A DNA stretch of 59,164 nucleotides, filler included, from Sphacelaria rigidula (lineage: Eukaryota), in the NCBI GenBank assembly GCA_964200075.2. It is 4 parts of 4 records of this genome, joined end to end, with 100 filler letters (N's around TTAATTAATTAA, not from the genome) between each part and the next. Parts side by side here need not be neighbours in the genome. Positions count along the whole stretch, not along the records: positions 44,455 to 59,164 come from CAXNAA020002079.1; 3 more parts are not named here. The stretch is one strand, 5' to 3'. Positions within the stretch are counted from its first letter, which is position 1. Every line of letters starts with the position of its first letter. The notes beneath the pieces were generated by a model. That model had not been told where the DNA came from and ran no database searches. It was given only the letters and a program-made list of their open reading frames with translations. Both the position numbers and the translations under genes were made by a program. Positions 47,115 to 59,164 of the stretch are shown here, in pieces.

Positions 47115-50100
47115 GTGAGTGGGGAGTGGCGATAGTGGCGTGATTGACCCGATCTGGTCTGTCTTATTTTCACTTGCTGTGTGCTCGACACTTGTTCTTT
47201 GTACACTTTCAGTTCAATACGAGGACAATACAGTAAAGTGCAGTACAGACCATTGCAGAGAGGTGCAGTACAGGACATGTAGCAGATGTGCTCATCCTAC
47301 ATACAGGGTTTCGGCATAATCCTTCGCGCTCCTTGAAGGTTTGTTTCATGGGCCCCGTTTTTATTGTCCTCACGTAACTCTCAGCATGCCACACCGATAT
47401 TTCGCCTTACCGACAGCACACCTGTACGTACTGCGTTAGACTGCACTCTATGGGCACCCGGTACAGACGGCAGTACATGCATGACACATCTATGAAACAA
47501 TATTTTCTTGTCACGGCGCACGGGACCCACTGGTGGGTGGGGTGTTGTGCCCAGAAAGCCTTGCCGGCCGGCGACGAAAGCGTGATGAAACAGCACAGAT
47601 GCATCCACCCAATAAAACCCATGCTCGACTTGATTACGACTGACTTTGCAGCAACAAAGACAAGGCGTGTCGACTGCGCTCGTCTGTGCGGTATCATGAC
47701 TTGAAAATTCTTTTGCTGGCTTGGTGGTACGCGTCTGAATGTTGCACGCCTTCACGGCCGACCGATGTACTTACTCTGTGGAATGGAATGGGGTGTAGAA
47801 CAGCTACATACCCAACACGACTGTAATACAAATCAACGCGCGCACAACCACGCCCGGCCGAGTCGGGGTATATCCACGCCAGGACAAAGCACGTTGGCTG
47901 TGCGCGCATTCTGCACCCCAGCAATTTCAACCAAGTGCGAGGGCTCTCATGCACAGACACCGTAGTGTCAACTGACTCGTACACGCAGCAAGAGGCTCTG
48001 GTCAAGGCTTCTTTGGTGAGACTGTCTGTACTATACTTTATACAGCATATCTTCGGTACTTGGTCGAACCGCCATCAGCTGCATGTTACCACCTACTTAT
48101 ACATGTATTTAGTTCCATTCCGAATTCATTAATATACTCGTGAAAATGGGGCATGAAAGGAACCAAACAGGATCTTTAGCTGAGGCGGGATAACATTCCT
48201 GCATGTTGCTTGCCGCGGCTCCACAATTTGTCCCAGTTTGTATTGTACCGTGAGCGTAACCCACTGTATTGCCGTACGTACTAAATTCTTAATCGTGACA
48301 CTCTTGGGCGAATCGTGATGAAGCTGCCGCTTCGAGGCGAGCCAGTTGGAGTCCTGTGGGCATGGCATAACGAGGGACAAGGGGAGGGGGTTATCGCGTC
48401 ATTGTCATAGAGCGAGTGAGACTGAGTGTCGTGTACGCAATGTCCTGATGATGATGCCCTCTATGCGTAGTTTTCGCCGGGAATGGTTGAAATTTTGCTC
48501 GTGATTCATGCACTGAGTGATGACGAGACCCCTCAGTGAACCGGCGAACTAGGTCCGCGAGTTCGGCGAACGCGGTCTCGGAATATTCATGGTTGATACT
48601 GTTTCTTCGTTTTCGCCAAACCCCGAGAGGCGAACCCTATTCTACTAAACCTCTCAACCCGATCAGAACAAGATGCTTTGGGCAGCGGAGATACCGAGTG
48701 TATCGGTGAAAAGTCATGGGTGAAGCGTGCACTGGTAGAGCTCAAATATCATGCGCCACCTCCGCTGGTTTGGGCCATCACAGGTTTGGGCCATGGCGCT
48801 TGCTGCCGTGCGCACTGGTTTAACACTTGGGACTACAAGCAGTAAGTAGGCCTTCCCCGCAAACTATCCGAATATTTTTACACTAAACCAAGTACGTAAG
48901 TGGTAACCATGGATATTCTGTTGGCCGGGCCGACGTGATCTCCGCATGCTACTATGGTACTACACGACCTTCGACCGCCGTGGAGCAAGTCTGCTCGAGT
49001 CCATGTGAGTAGAGCACATGATGAGTGACAGTATTAATTTTAGTTAAATGTGCTGATATTAGAATACCACTTCGGCGTCGCCCGCAGCAAACATCTCGAC
49101 ATCTCCCAACAACCTCTTCGTGCTCCGAAGGATTCAGATTCACCCGTCCGTTGTTTCAGCGAATGCCGGAACACCCGAGTTTTTTTTGTCTGGCTCTTTC
49201 TTCATGTAGGAGTCATCCCGATGCGCGGATGATAGACCCCCCTGGACAACAGTTGTTGTTCCTGTAGTTGTTCCTGTGAGGAATCAATCTAGAGCATCGC
49301 CAACACAATATCGCGCGTTCCTCGACGCACGATCTTATCCTACTTGCCCTCTTTCCCCCAAATTACGGTCGAATTCACCACGGGCATTTTGGGATCGCTC
49401 TTGGTACCAGTCCGCACGGCTCCGGACGCGAACACCTCTAACCGCAAACTCTTATCGCGAACCAATGTACTGTACTACGATTCCACATATGTCAATGCAA
49501 CCCGCTTTGCGCGTCTGAGCCCTTCTGAAGAACTGACCTCTCCTGCAGTAAATATTCTAAACTTGTGAAATTCCCCCTCGCTTCAAGGGTTCGAGAGATC
49601 AGACTAATGCGCGGAAATGATACTAAACAAGTAAGTATAGTAGCTCCGTGAAGCTTTGCCGGCGAACACGAAATACGTAAATGAGCTGGGCGGCACCGAT
49701 TGTTTCTACTCCAAAGAGCTTATCGCCTTCTAGTGCCCTGGGCCCATACATGCCTGCAACGATCCTCTGGCGACAAGGCTTTAGATCGACGAGTGTGTGT
49801 GTGCCTGTTATGGTTGATTGTATTTTTTCGTCGTCAAACCACAAGCGAACGGCGGTCATTGCCACTGGTACTATTACTGTCGGGCGGGTTCAGCAACCCA
49901 GATAAATGACCATAACGAGCTCTCTTTGACGCAAATGTATGTACTTATGGAACGTGTGGATTTAGCAACTGATGAGCGGGTATTTTGGGGGAGAGAAATA
50001 CATGAGTCCTGTCTTGCGGAAATAGGCTGAAAGGTTGAAATTACTGGTGATTTTGATTGCTCACGCCACCCCGCCGCCCCCACCCCATCGGCGCGCGCTC

Positions 50101-52513
50101 CGCTCCCGCCCGCGTAATTTAGCGAGTGAGCGGCGTTCAATTCGCGCTCAAGTAATAAAAAAAAACAGTCGGCGGAGTGCTGTGCGTTTAGGTGATGAAG
50201 CCCCCCCGCTCTTTCGTACATGTTGGCAACCCGGATGAAGGCGAGCCATCTTGCCCTACTGGCTGGCTGTGTTGTTCGACAGCAAGGTAGTGAGCCAGCC
50301 CCTCGAGAAAATCGCGCTGCAAAAGATGTGATCGGAGGGCGTTATTCTCCAATACACATATTCGTTTAATATGCTCAAGTACTGACGTAAACCCGTCGAC
50401 TGAGGGGTACGTGCTCACCATGAGTCCGTGCGCGCCAAGTGCATGGACAATAACTTCGATCTCAATTCAGCAATGCTCCTGTGTAATAAGATCNNNNNNN
50501 NNNAGAGCCTCTCAGCCCGAAGAACAAAGGCGGATCGAAAACGCGGTTCAGAGACGGTCCGTCCGCCCTACCGTCGTAGGTGACCGCGTGACTTTCCGCA
50601 CCTGCGATATACGCAGGATGTTTTTGTGCATAAGTTTCCAACACTTCTGACCCCGACGAAGATAGACAGTGAGCGTTCTGGTAGCAGGAGCTCGTCCTAG
50701 TTGCCACGTTTCGCGGCTTGAGATAAAGCGCCGTGCAGGATACTAAAGTGCACTGTACTTCATGGAGAAGCCACTCCGTCGGGGGAAGCCGCAATAGCTG
50801 ATTTCAAGCGCACTGACTGCGAAAGCGTCTTTAAAGAAAAGTGTAAAGAGACAAGATATGCCCGAGATGTTGATGGAGCTACACGAAGAGAGGAACCTTG
50901 TGCTTGGGGTACATGTCGTTTGGTCCGTCCGTGCATACGACAGTCTCACTCGTGTCTCGCGCTCCCTATCCTCACGGTACTCGATTTTTACATGGGGAGG
51001 GTGGGGGGGGCTTGTAGGAAATAATGAGTGATGTCTCCATCACATGTTGAGATTAGGGCCGGGTTTATAACGGATCAAGCCGTGCATGTGGACTTGGTGA
51101 CACTGTCCTGTACACTATATGTTTGTGTTCCGGTGCAATCAGTTAATGCGGCGTTTGTCCCTATCTACGTAACGCGTGGAAACGTTGAGCAGGTTGCAAG
51201 CCCGGTATAGCCGCACTGAAGCGGGACGCCGTGCCTCAATATTAACGAAATGTTACTCTACTTGAAAATTGCATAACGGAGTCAACTTGCTTCGATAAAC
51301 AATCTTGACCGCGCTGGATGATCAGTTACAGCACCCCGGCTAAATCCCCGTTGAACTATAATCAACAGAAGGCCAGCGTGCTATTATAGAGCGTCTGTAT
51401 GTGCTTCATGATTTATTCCGTCGAGTCGCCTCCTCTCTCTCTTTCTCTGAAGCAGCGAGAAAAAGATGGCGTCTATCGGGGCAACATGCGTATGCGCTAT
51501 GCTTATTTTACCGTAAATCGGGGAGGACAGGGGGGGGGGGGGTAGCAGATGACAGCTCCGAGACGCCGATGCCCACAGCGCTTCGGAACCTTGTTTTGTT
51601 TACACAGCGTTCGTACGATGATGGCAGTGAGGCATCTCAGGATTCTTTCGGGGTTGGTGTCGACAACGCAGTCAGTAATGCGTATGCGCGCGTGTACGCC
51701 CTGATCCTGCGAAACATCCACATTTCCTCAGGAAACCGAAGGGGCTATTTCACAGTGGTGAAACTTAAAAATCAGGCGTAGAATCAGATTTGCGCAAATT
51801 CGCAATCGCACCCGACATGGCAGGCCAACAAGAGGCTTGCAGAGACCCCGATGGTCCTTGCGCAGCATCGCCCTAGACATGCTTTCACATAGTACAACAG
51901 CAGTTGGCAGTTGCGGTTGCTGAGTACAGGATTCGAAGACTCAGGGTTGAAATTGCACTACTCCATCTTATTGTTTTGCCGGAAAGTCGAAAAAAAAACG
52001 TGAGTTTGCTCCGTCCGATTCGTCGACTCAGCATATCTGAACGTCTATTACAGTATTGTGTCGACACGTTGTGATTGGTCCAGTTTACAAACGCCAAATT
52101 CACAGTCTACGCAATTTTCGAGGCGTGACTGTAGATTTTACATTTCCCCCCGGTAACACCGGTCGGGCGATTCCGATGCGCTGAACCGAATATTAGCTCT
52201 TGCTGACTACACGCTGACTCTAAACTCGACCCCATTCAAGTCTACGATCCAAGAAATCCGGATTGTTTTTTTAGGGTTAGTAAACTAGTACAAAAAAGAT
52301 AGCTGCGATTCTTCCGTAGGCACTGATTTCGTCTGCAGAGTGGTTCTACGATAGGGGTTAACATCTTCTTTCTGAGGTTCTGCTTTTCAGGAGCCTTTCG
52401 ATGACTCAACAGAAACATCTGCGCCTTGTGTAGTGCCTAAGAAACGGTTTGGTCTGAAAACTGAAACCGTTCCGGAGAATCTCTCTGCAATAGTTATGTA
52501 ATTGTAGACCGGT

Positions 52514-53290
52514 CACCCCGGTGGCTCAGTTGGTAACCTCGAAACCTTCTGACGGTTGGGTCGTGGGTTCAAATCTCGGAGCGATCTGGCATATTTTCTC
52601 GCACCATGCCCAACAGTGGAGAGCGCCCACGTCGTGGGCACACAAAATTCTACTTGGCGGTCGACGAGGGAAAGGAGCTGCAGAACCCCTCTCGCGATAA
52701 TAAATAAAGGCAAGCACCGCAGAAGGGAGGTGGAGTACTAAAAACAAAGAAGAAAAAACTCCCGAGTTGACCTTCCTCTTGTGTGACCCCGGCTGGTGCG
52801 CCCACATATACCGAAAGGCGTAGCCCGGCGTCCAGAATAGATTGGACGACAACACACACGGCGAGTCGTGTAGTGACTAAATGTTTTGTCTCAGACTGTT
52901 GTACTCTGCCCTCCTTGTGACGTACGTTTGGTAACACCCCTAGGTGGCAAGAGTAGGTCATTTGTTGAATCGGCATCAATTTCACTTCAAAAAAATATGC
53001 ACGATCCAGAGGGACGACCCTCGCGGTCTGAGGGGTAATGGCATCGCTCCACCTGACCAAGAGCCGTTTTCGATCGAAGGGGGCGCGGTCCTTTTTCTCT
53101 CCCCCTTAGTTCACTGCGAATTTCAATGCGTCTCCCTTTCAACGGAATTAGCCCGTGCCATCTCAAAGGATACATGAAGCCGTCGCTACTCCTCTCTTCC
53201 TCAGCATTACTATCAGAGTGCGTCTATCATGTGACCACAGCTGGATCCCTGGGGGGTCAGTTAAACTGCGACATTCAGTTAATCGATCAG
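52514..53290 (+). mobile_element. tRNA-derived SINE, family 1, near full length
   Basis: Head with A box TGGCTCAGTTGG, stem-loop AACC-TTCTGAC-GGTT and B box GGTTCAAATC. Body homologous to 13544-13890. 3' end GACCACAGCTGGATCCCTGGGGGGTCAGTTAAA matches tail fragments at 11074 and 13450. Confidence 0.85.
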
Positions 53291-53738
53291 TAGAGGTAAC
53301 TCAAAGTCGAGATTCTGGGTATATTTCACAACAGTAATCTACAGATAAATCTATCGAAAACCTCGAGTTTGAGATACCTCTATAAATAGTAGTCATGATA
53401 TAGCATTCGTCTGTAAAGTGTGTTGGAGCGATTCAACATTCCTGCCGCGCATTCTGCTCGGAAATGAAGTCGGAAGAGCGGCAATAGATAGGTGGCAAGT
53501 CGGACCCCCCCACCCCCTCCGTTTAGAACGTACCGCCAGTGTTGGCATCAATAGGAAGCTTTTCTGCTCGTCTCTCTCTTTTGGAAAGACGCTTGGCTTG
53601 TGTAATCGACAATTTTGACAGCCCAACAAGAGACAAGTCAGTCTCCCCCCCCCCTCTACGAGCCTGTCCCGCCGAAAACCTGGCGTGCTCCGTCCCGGCG
53701 TTGTAAAGATGGCATGCAAGATCATGAGTACACACCCT

Positions 53739-55339
53739 CGTTTCGAAATGAATGCATGGTCAATGGTCGAACGGCTAAGGCAAGTAACAAGTGAGGACGC
53801 CCCCTTCACCCCCCTCGCCCCGTGCAACTGAAAGGGATGCGTGGTCAATGATCGAATGACTGAGGCCAACAATAAATGAGTACGTTTTGTCCCCACCCCT
53901 GGAACGTGCCTAGCGCCGAAGGGTCATCCTCCAGGGGGAAGGGCGGCAAGGACGCCCTCCTCCACCCAGCCCCTGTTTTGAAGCCTAAGTCATTTCACAA
54001 ATCTACCCATTTTGCTGTAGCGGGTCACGAAAGAGCCATGCTGGATTGCGTCGATGCAGGGCACAAGAGTTCATTTATATGTCCTCAGGCGTATTAGTAA
54101 TAACGGAACACACCGAAAGGGATGCGGGGTCGATGGTCAAACGACAAAGGCACCGTCTCGAAAGGGATGCGTGGTCAATGGTCAAACGACTAAGACAAGC
54201 AACAAATGAGTACGCCCCCCCTCCGTCATGGCAGCACTCCAAACGAAGCCTTTGTTGAGCCGCCGTTGGCCAACGCGGTGCAGAAGCATGGAGGTCCTTC
54301 CTTCATTATTCCTCCTTCGTTCCTCGAAGAGAATATGGGTCTGCAATAAATCAATGGATAAGACATGTGATTTGATTGGTTTGCCGCGCACTCAGCACTT
54401 AGCTTGATTGGTTGCATGGATACATTATCGCACAACTACTGATCCCAAAGGGACCCAGCCGTCGTCACAAGACCATTCGGGCTGCGCATCCAGCCATCGC
54501 TATTACAAGAGTACCGTAAACATATCCCGGAGGTGATAAGAAGGAAGATACTCGATGAAGGGATCTTGACAAAACGGCGGAAATGGCACAAGAAGGCCGG
54601 CAACCAACGGAGCGCAGACAGTAAGCTAAAGACTGATGGTCTTCGTTAACACCCAATAGCATACGCGTACTCAAGGGACCTTGGAGTACGGAACAGTGCA
54701 CAGCACAACTATGGTCGTGGGAAGTCGTCGTATCCTTCTCCTTGGTTGTACGCGCAAAATCGACACTCGAGGCTTACTCCGCTCACTCGAAGCCCAGCTT
54801 CCTGCAACTTGTGCGGGAACCTTGACCGCAAGCGTATTTCGTTGTATTCGTAAATGAATGGTTTCAAGTTACTACAATGAAAACGTTGGTAGATGGCATG
54901 CGGTGCCGTATTCCGGGCTTCGACTCAAAGTCACCGCTTCCACTCGGTTAAGGTTAGGGTGTGTAGTGTACTCTTCTTACCCTAACCTTAACCTAGTCGA
55001 TCGATTGACCTCCGATGGTTGAGTTGGGAACAATGGTCTCTCCTACAGACAGCCCATGTGTTTTGGCACCGTGGGTACGGCATGCAAACACGAGAACTCC
55101 CCCGGGGGGGGGGAGGGGCAGAGGTTCCGGCGAAAACTCGGCGTGCTCCAAGATCATGACACACACACACACACACTCCACACATTTGTTGCTCCCCCAC
55201 GCTCCACACCCCTTGTAATGAGCGCCGGAATGTTGAAGGTGGCTCTCTTAGGAAGAGGAATGGTGCTCCGTCTCGAAAGGGATGCGTAGTCAATGGTTAA
55301 ACGACTAAGGAAAGCAACAAATGAGTACCCCCCCCCCCC
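53739..55339 (+). repeat. Cluster of five short LINE 3'-end fragments
   Basis: GAAAGGGATGCGTGGTCAATGGTCAAACGACTAAGGCAAGCAACAAATGAGTAC-like units at ~53739, 53830, 54114, 54153 and 55219-55339. Confidence 0.8.
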
Positions 55340-56239
55340 ATCCCTTGTCATTGCAGGATACATGAGGGATGTTGAATAGATTTATGATTGCCATTGCCGA
55401 TAGATACAAGAAATGAAAATAAGTCGGGTTCATACCAGTTTAGGACGAGCTTGATGAGAGTAGAAGGTGAGTGCCCTACCTCCTATTTACAAACCAAACC
55501 AAACTACAAATTTCTCCGGGGGGTTGTGGACAGATGTTTCTCATAAAGATGCAAGCTGAAGAAATATTTTCCGCATAGTGTAGAAGCATATCTTCTCAGC
55601 TGTCTCAGAGATCGGTACTTGGTGTAAGAGTGTCCATCGTGTTCCTACATCTTGTGTTGGCATTTTCGTATCCATTCTCATGCATTCTAATACGTTAACT
55701 CGGATACCCATTATTGACGAAGAAAATATGAGGCGAGTGCCAATGCAGTAGTGAGGAGGGCTACTGTATGCATATAGGAACCAAAATCATTTGAATGGTG
55801 TCTCGCTCGGGGGGGGACAGGAAATAGGGGTTGACGGAGTAGCTTGATTTTCGGCTCGTCCCCATGGTGGCGTTCTATCTCATCAAATCCGTCAAAAACC
55901 TCTCCTTCTCGACATGCGCGTCATGGAGATTCATCTATCAAACTGAGATTGACGTGTTAACTAACCCGTGCTCTGTACCAACGCCCCGTGTCTTGCGTTT
56001 CACCGGCACTTTTTATTTTCATGCTTCACTCGCAACTTTTCTACTTCATCGGGGTGTCGGGGCAGTCCCGTGGTCTCAATACAGTATATTCAACCATTTC
56101 CCTCCCCTGTGCGCGCCTTACAGTCAGTTTGGTATCATCATCGCGGATGAGATTATCAACCGTTTGACCGCAAGGGTAGGTCACCTGGCCATGCAGTGAT
56201 TTTTCAACTGGAATTGATGCTGATTCATCGAGTGGTGTA

Positions 56240-56473
56240 CGCTGGCGGTCGAAAGGCTTGTTATTTTTCCATCCACTCCCGCACAGCATCGACTGCTGTC
56301 CAACAAAATCAGCCAGACAGATTACTTGTGCTACTCATGTCCTAACACTTTCAAAAGCGGGGATGAGATATTTTCTGAGGGATCGCAAATAAACCAGACG
56401 CATCTAGTAGGAATCGAACCCGAGTTTTCCCCACCCTAATGGTGGCAGTTGTTCCCCATTTCCCCACCGAGCC
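56240..56473 (-). mobile_element. SINE family 2 copy
   Basis: Minus strand GGCTCGGTGGGGAAATGG..GGGTTCGATTCC (perfect B box). Body aligns with 57547-57735. Confidence 0.65.
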
Positions 56474-57540
56474 ATCAAAATGTGTAAGAACTGGTCGGCG
56501 CATTTTGCATACCAAAATACGTGTTCCCGGTGTAGTCGTACGTACGGCAATGCACCCACACCGGAATTGTATTTAATGAGGGAAAATATCAGCAAAGAGC
56601 GGGGTGTCTTCTAGGATAGTTGTCATACTTTCTTTCCTGCCAAGAACTTTTCTTCTGTTCAGCTTACAATTGTTCGTTTTACAATATTATTTTCTCACCA
56701 GGTCTTCGTTCACAACTTTTCACGGTTAGGACGAATCATCACGACTACAAATCACCAAATCAACAATTTTTTCGGCCCGATTACCCAAAGGGAGAAAAAA
56801 AGTTGACCGCTGGTCCAACGGGTATCCACGCAACTTTTGTGCCATTCCACGTGTCTGGGCTGAGTGTACCTGGTTTGCAACGCTGAAAAGAAAGCCTAGG
56901 AATTGATTCGTACGATTCGAATCAATCATACTAGAACCAATTAATTTCCAGACGAATCATTATTTGTCCGACCCTTGCAACTTTTTGATCACAATTTTTT
57001 GGTCGCAGCTTTCCCTTGTTTCTATAATACATGTTCTGTTCACAGCTTCTTGTCCCACGGTTTTTACCGGCAATCTTCCTGGCCCTGACTGTTCTGTTTT
57101 ATAACTGTTATCTGAACAACTTTCTGTTGCAATAAATACTCCGTTTGGATCGGGCCTCAAGACAACCACAAAGCTCTCCGGGTTTTAATACTCTTTCGGG
57201 GGATAATAGGGAGTTTCGGAAAACGAAATTTGGAGCCAAAAACTCAGGGATAACTTGCGTCTTTTTACTAAAATCCAAACAAACGATAATTATCCCCGAG
57301 TTTTTTCCGGCTTCTTTTTGTTTCCCGAAACTCTCTGATCAATTTCAAGTCCGGGTCTATTCCCTGAGAATATTCCACACCCTGAACGATATATATACAT
57401 ATATGTATATGGTCAAAATGTGCATTAGACAAAATATGTACTGGAGAAAGTATAGATATTCACTTTACCCAGTATACTTCTCGTCTATTGCATCTATTTA
57501 CCTTATACTGTCCAGGCTTGGGAATATTCCTTCACACACG

Positions 57541-57865
57541 CCACCGCGCCCCGGTGGTGTCATGGTTCGGCTGGCATCATAAGGGTGGAAAAAACGTGGG
57601 TTCTGTTCCCGACATATGCGCTAGGTTTTTTCTTGGAAGTATCTGATTTCCGTCGTCGAAAGCTTTAGGACGCGAGGGAATGAAATGTCCTTCACTGAGT
57701 ATGTTTGGCGAGAGTTGGCGTGGTGCGGGAGTGTCGGTCATTATCTAACCCGCGAGTCCAGAATGCACAGCGGGGAGTGATGGGTTAACCCCTTGGGACG
57801 ATTAACCACGGAGTCATCCCGAGGAAGGGGAGGTGTTCGGGTCTAACACACACACACACACACAC
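57541..57865 (+). mobile_element. tRNA-like SINE, family 2, with (CA)n tail
   Basis: Head GCCCCGGTGGTGTCATGG..GGGTTCTGTTCCC. Body homologous to minus-strand copies at 20640-20885 and 56240-56473. Ends in (CA)n. Confidence 0.7.
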
Positions 57866-57915
57866 GTAGGGACATGTAGGGTATCTGCGTGTGCGCACAT
57901 GCGACTAGGTGACAT

Positions 57916-58655
57916 TCATTGTTGAGGGGCGGGTGGTTGCAGAGTGATCCTACTACTGGAGGGGGCGTACTCGTTTGTTGCTTGCTTTCGTGGTTTGACC
58001 ATTGACCACGCACCCCTCTCGAGACGGAGCACCGGTCCTACTCCTAATGGAGAAAACTCCGACATCTCGGTGCTCAATACGTTTCTTCCGTACGTTACGC
58101 AAGAATCCGTTACATATCTCATCCCCGTCCAGTTTCGCTGTCTGTGGCCACCATCTATTTCCTGGTATAGCCATCGTTCTCTCCCTACTGTCTAACACAT
58201 CAAACGATTTCATGCCATCTTCGTTCACGTCTCGCACTTCCCCCTCTAGCACGTCCCGTTCCTCCTTGTATAGTTCACATTCTGCCACTATATGACTTCT
58301 GCTTTCTATTACTTTGCCACAGAGGCAATTCTGTCCATCTACTTCCTTCTCCTCCTTTCGACTACTGGTATATCTCTTTCTTCTTTCTGGCAGGTCCAGG
58401 TCCCCCACCCGAAATCGCAATTCAATATTTTTCGCAGCGTCCATGGGGCCATGCAGGTATGTTTTCATCCCTATCCCCTCTCTGAACCCTCCATATATCT
58501 TCGAGTTATTTTCCTCGTCTACCTTGTGTCTGAGCGCTTATTTCCCCCTTATTTCCATAATGTCTCTTGATTTCGTCTTGTACCCCGCACCTTCACCTAT
58601 GGACAGTATTTCTTTCGTCTTGGTTTCCTCCTATCTCCTCCCATACTTTCTCGTG
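57916..58655 (-). mobile_element. 5'-truncated non-LTR retrotransposon (LINE), ORF2 C-terminus
   Basis: ORF 57953-58468 contains a CCHC-type knuckle CLCGKVIESRSHIVAEC typical of LINE ORF2 C-termini, with in-frame stops upstream. Its 3' end recurs many times in 53.7-55.3 kb. Confidence 0.8.
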
Positions 58656-58660
58656 AACGG

Positions 58661-58861
58661 CACGAGAAAGTATGGGTGGAGATGAGAGGAAACCAAGACG
58701 AAATACTGTCCATAGGTGAAGGTGTGCGGTACAAGACAAAAACAAGATATATGATTGAAGTAAGGGAAAAAGAAACGCTCAGACGCAAGGTGGACGAAAA
58801 TGAACACCTGAAAATATATGGGGGGTTGAGAGAGGGGATAGGGGGGAAAACATACCTGCAT
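58661..58861 (+). mobile_element. Inverted duplicate of the LINE segment 58451-58655
   Basis: EILSIGEG..KIYGGLREGIGGKTYLH mirrors the minus-strand copy. 5-nt loop 58656-58660. Confidence 0.85.
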
Positions 58862-58988
58862 CCTACGATAGGGGCAGGGGGGCGGCACTCGTGGTATTTC
58901 ATGCCGTAGTCATTTGACCATTGACCTCACATCCCTACAAAGCCGGGGCGGAGCACGCCGGGTTTTCGCCGGACCAGGCTCGCAATTC

Positions 58989-59164
58989 ATCACCAAGCGC
59001 GAAGCGCCGCGATGTGGTCGGCGAGTCGCGTGGAGGGCGGACTGCATCATACCAAGATGGCACGGCCCGAAGCGTTCTGATTATCTTGCATTTGGGTGAC
59101 GCCTCGAGGCAGTGTATAAGACGTGGCTGTCTCTGGAAGTGGCGATACCAGAAAGTAAAGCAAC
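58989..59164. mobile_element. Left half of the same palindromic element (ATCACCAAGCGCGAAGCGC..)
   Basis: Homology to the contig 1 end, as above. Confidence 0.7.

Noticed and set aside
52514..52580. tRNA gene candidate (A/B boxes, CTG-like loop); similar at 56405-56473
   Set aside because: No acceptor-stem pairing, and it continues into dispersed SINE bodies.

Overview
Eukaryotic, repeat-rich genomic DNA with GT-AG introns, most consistent with a brown alga (Phaeophyceae, stramenopile). That assignment is inferred from a SAF-type bipartite plastid presequence, a brown-algal-style membrane-anchored tyrosinase exon and TTAGGG-like motifs. The window is not one locus. It is four contigs (1-14719, 14820-29537, 29638-44354, 44455-59164; 14719/14718/14717/14710 bp, descending length) joined by artificial 100-bp spacers (44 N + TTAATTAATTAA + 44 N). 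Contig 1 carries a multi-exon PGAP1/BST1-like GPI inositol-deacylase (- strand) with an unusual Cys-rich module in its last exon. Contig 2 carries a compact cluster of WRAP53/TCAB1 (+), Sec61-gamma (-, one 4.6-kb intron) and exon 1 of an organellar seryl-tRNA synthetase (+). Contig 3 holds decayed GC-rich coding sequence and nested Harbinger/Tourist-like MITEs. Contig 4 holds the first exon of a tyrosinase-like gene, two tRNA-derived SINE families, a cluster of LINE 3' tips and a fold-back LINE fragment. No clearly new multi-gene system is supported. The best leads are the PGAP1 Cys-rich domain, the LINE fold-back and 3'-tip cluster, a palindromic element with GCGAAGC mini-hairpin ends, and an unidentified decayed spliced gene.
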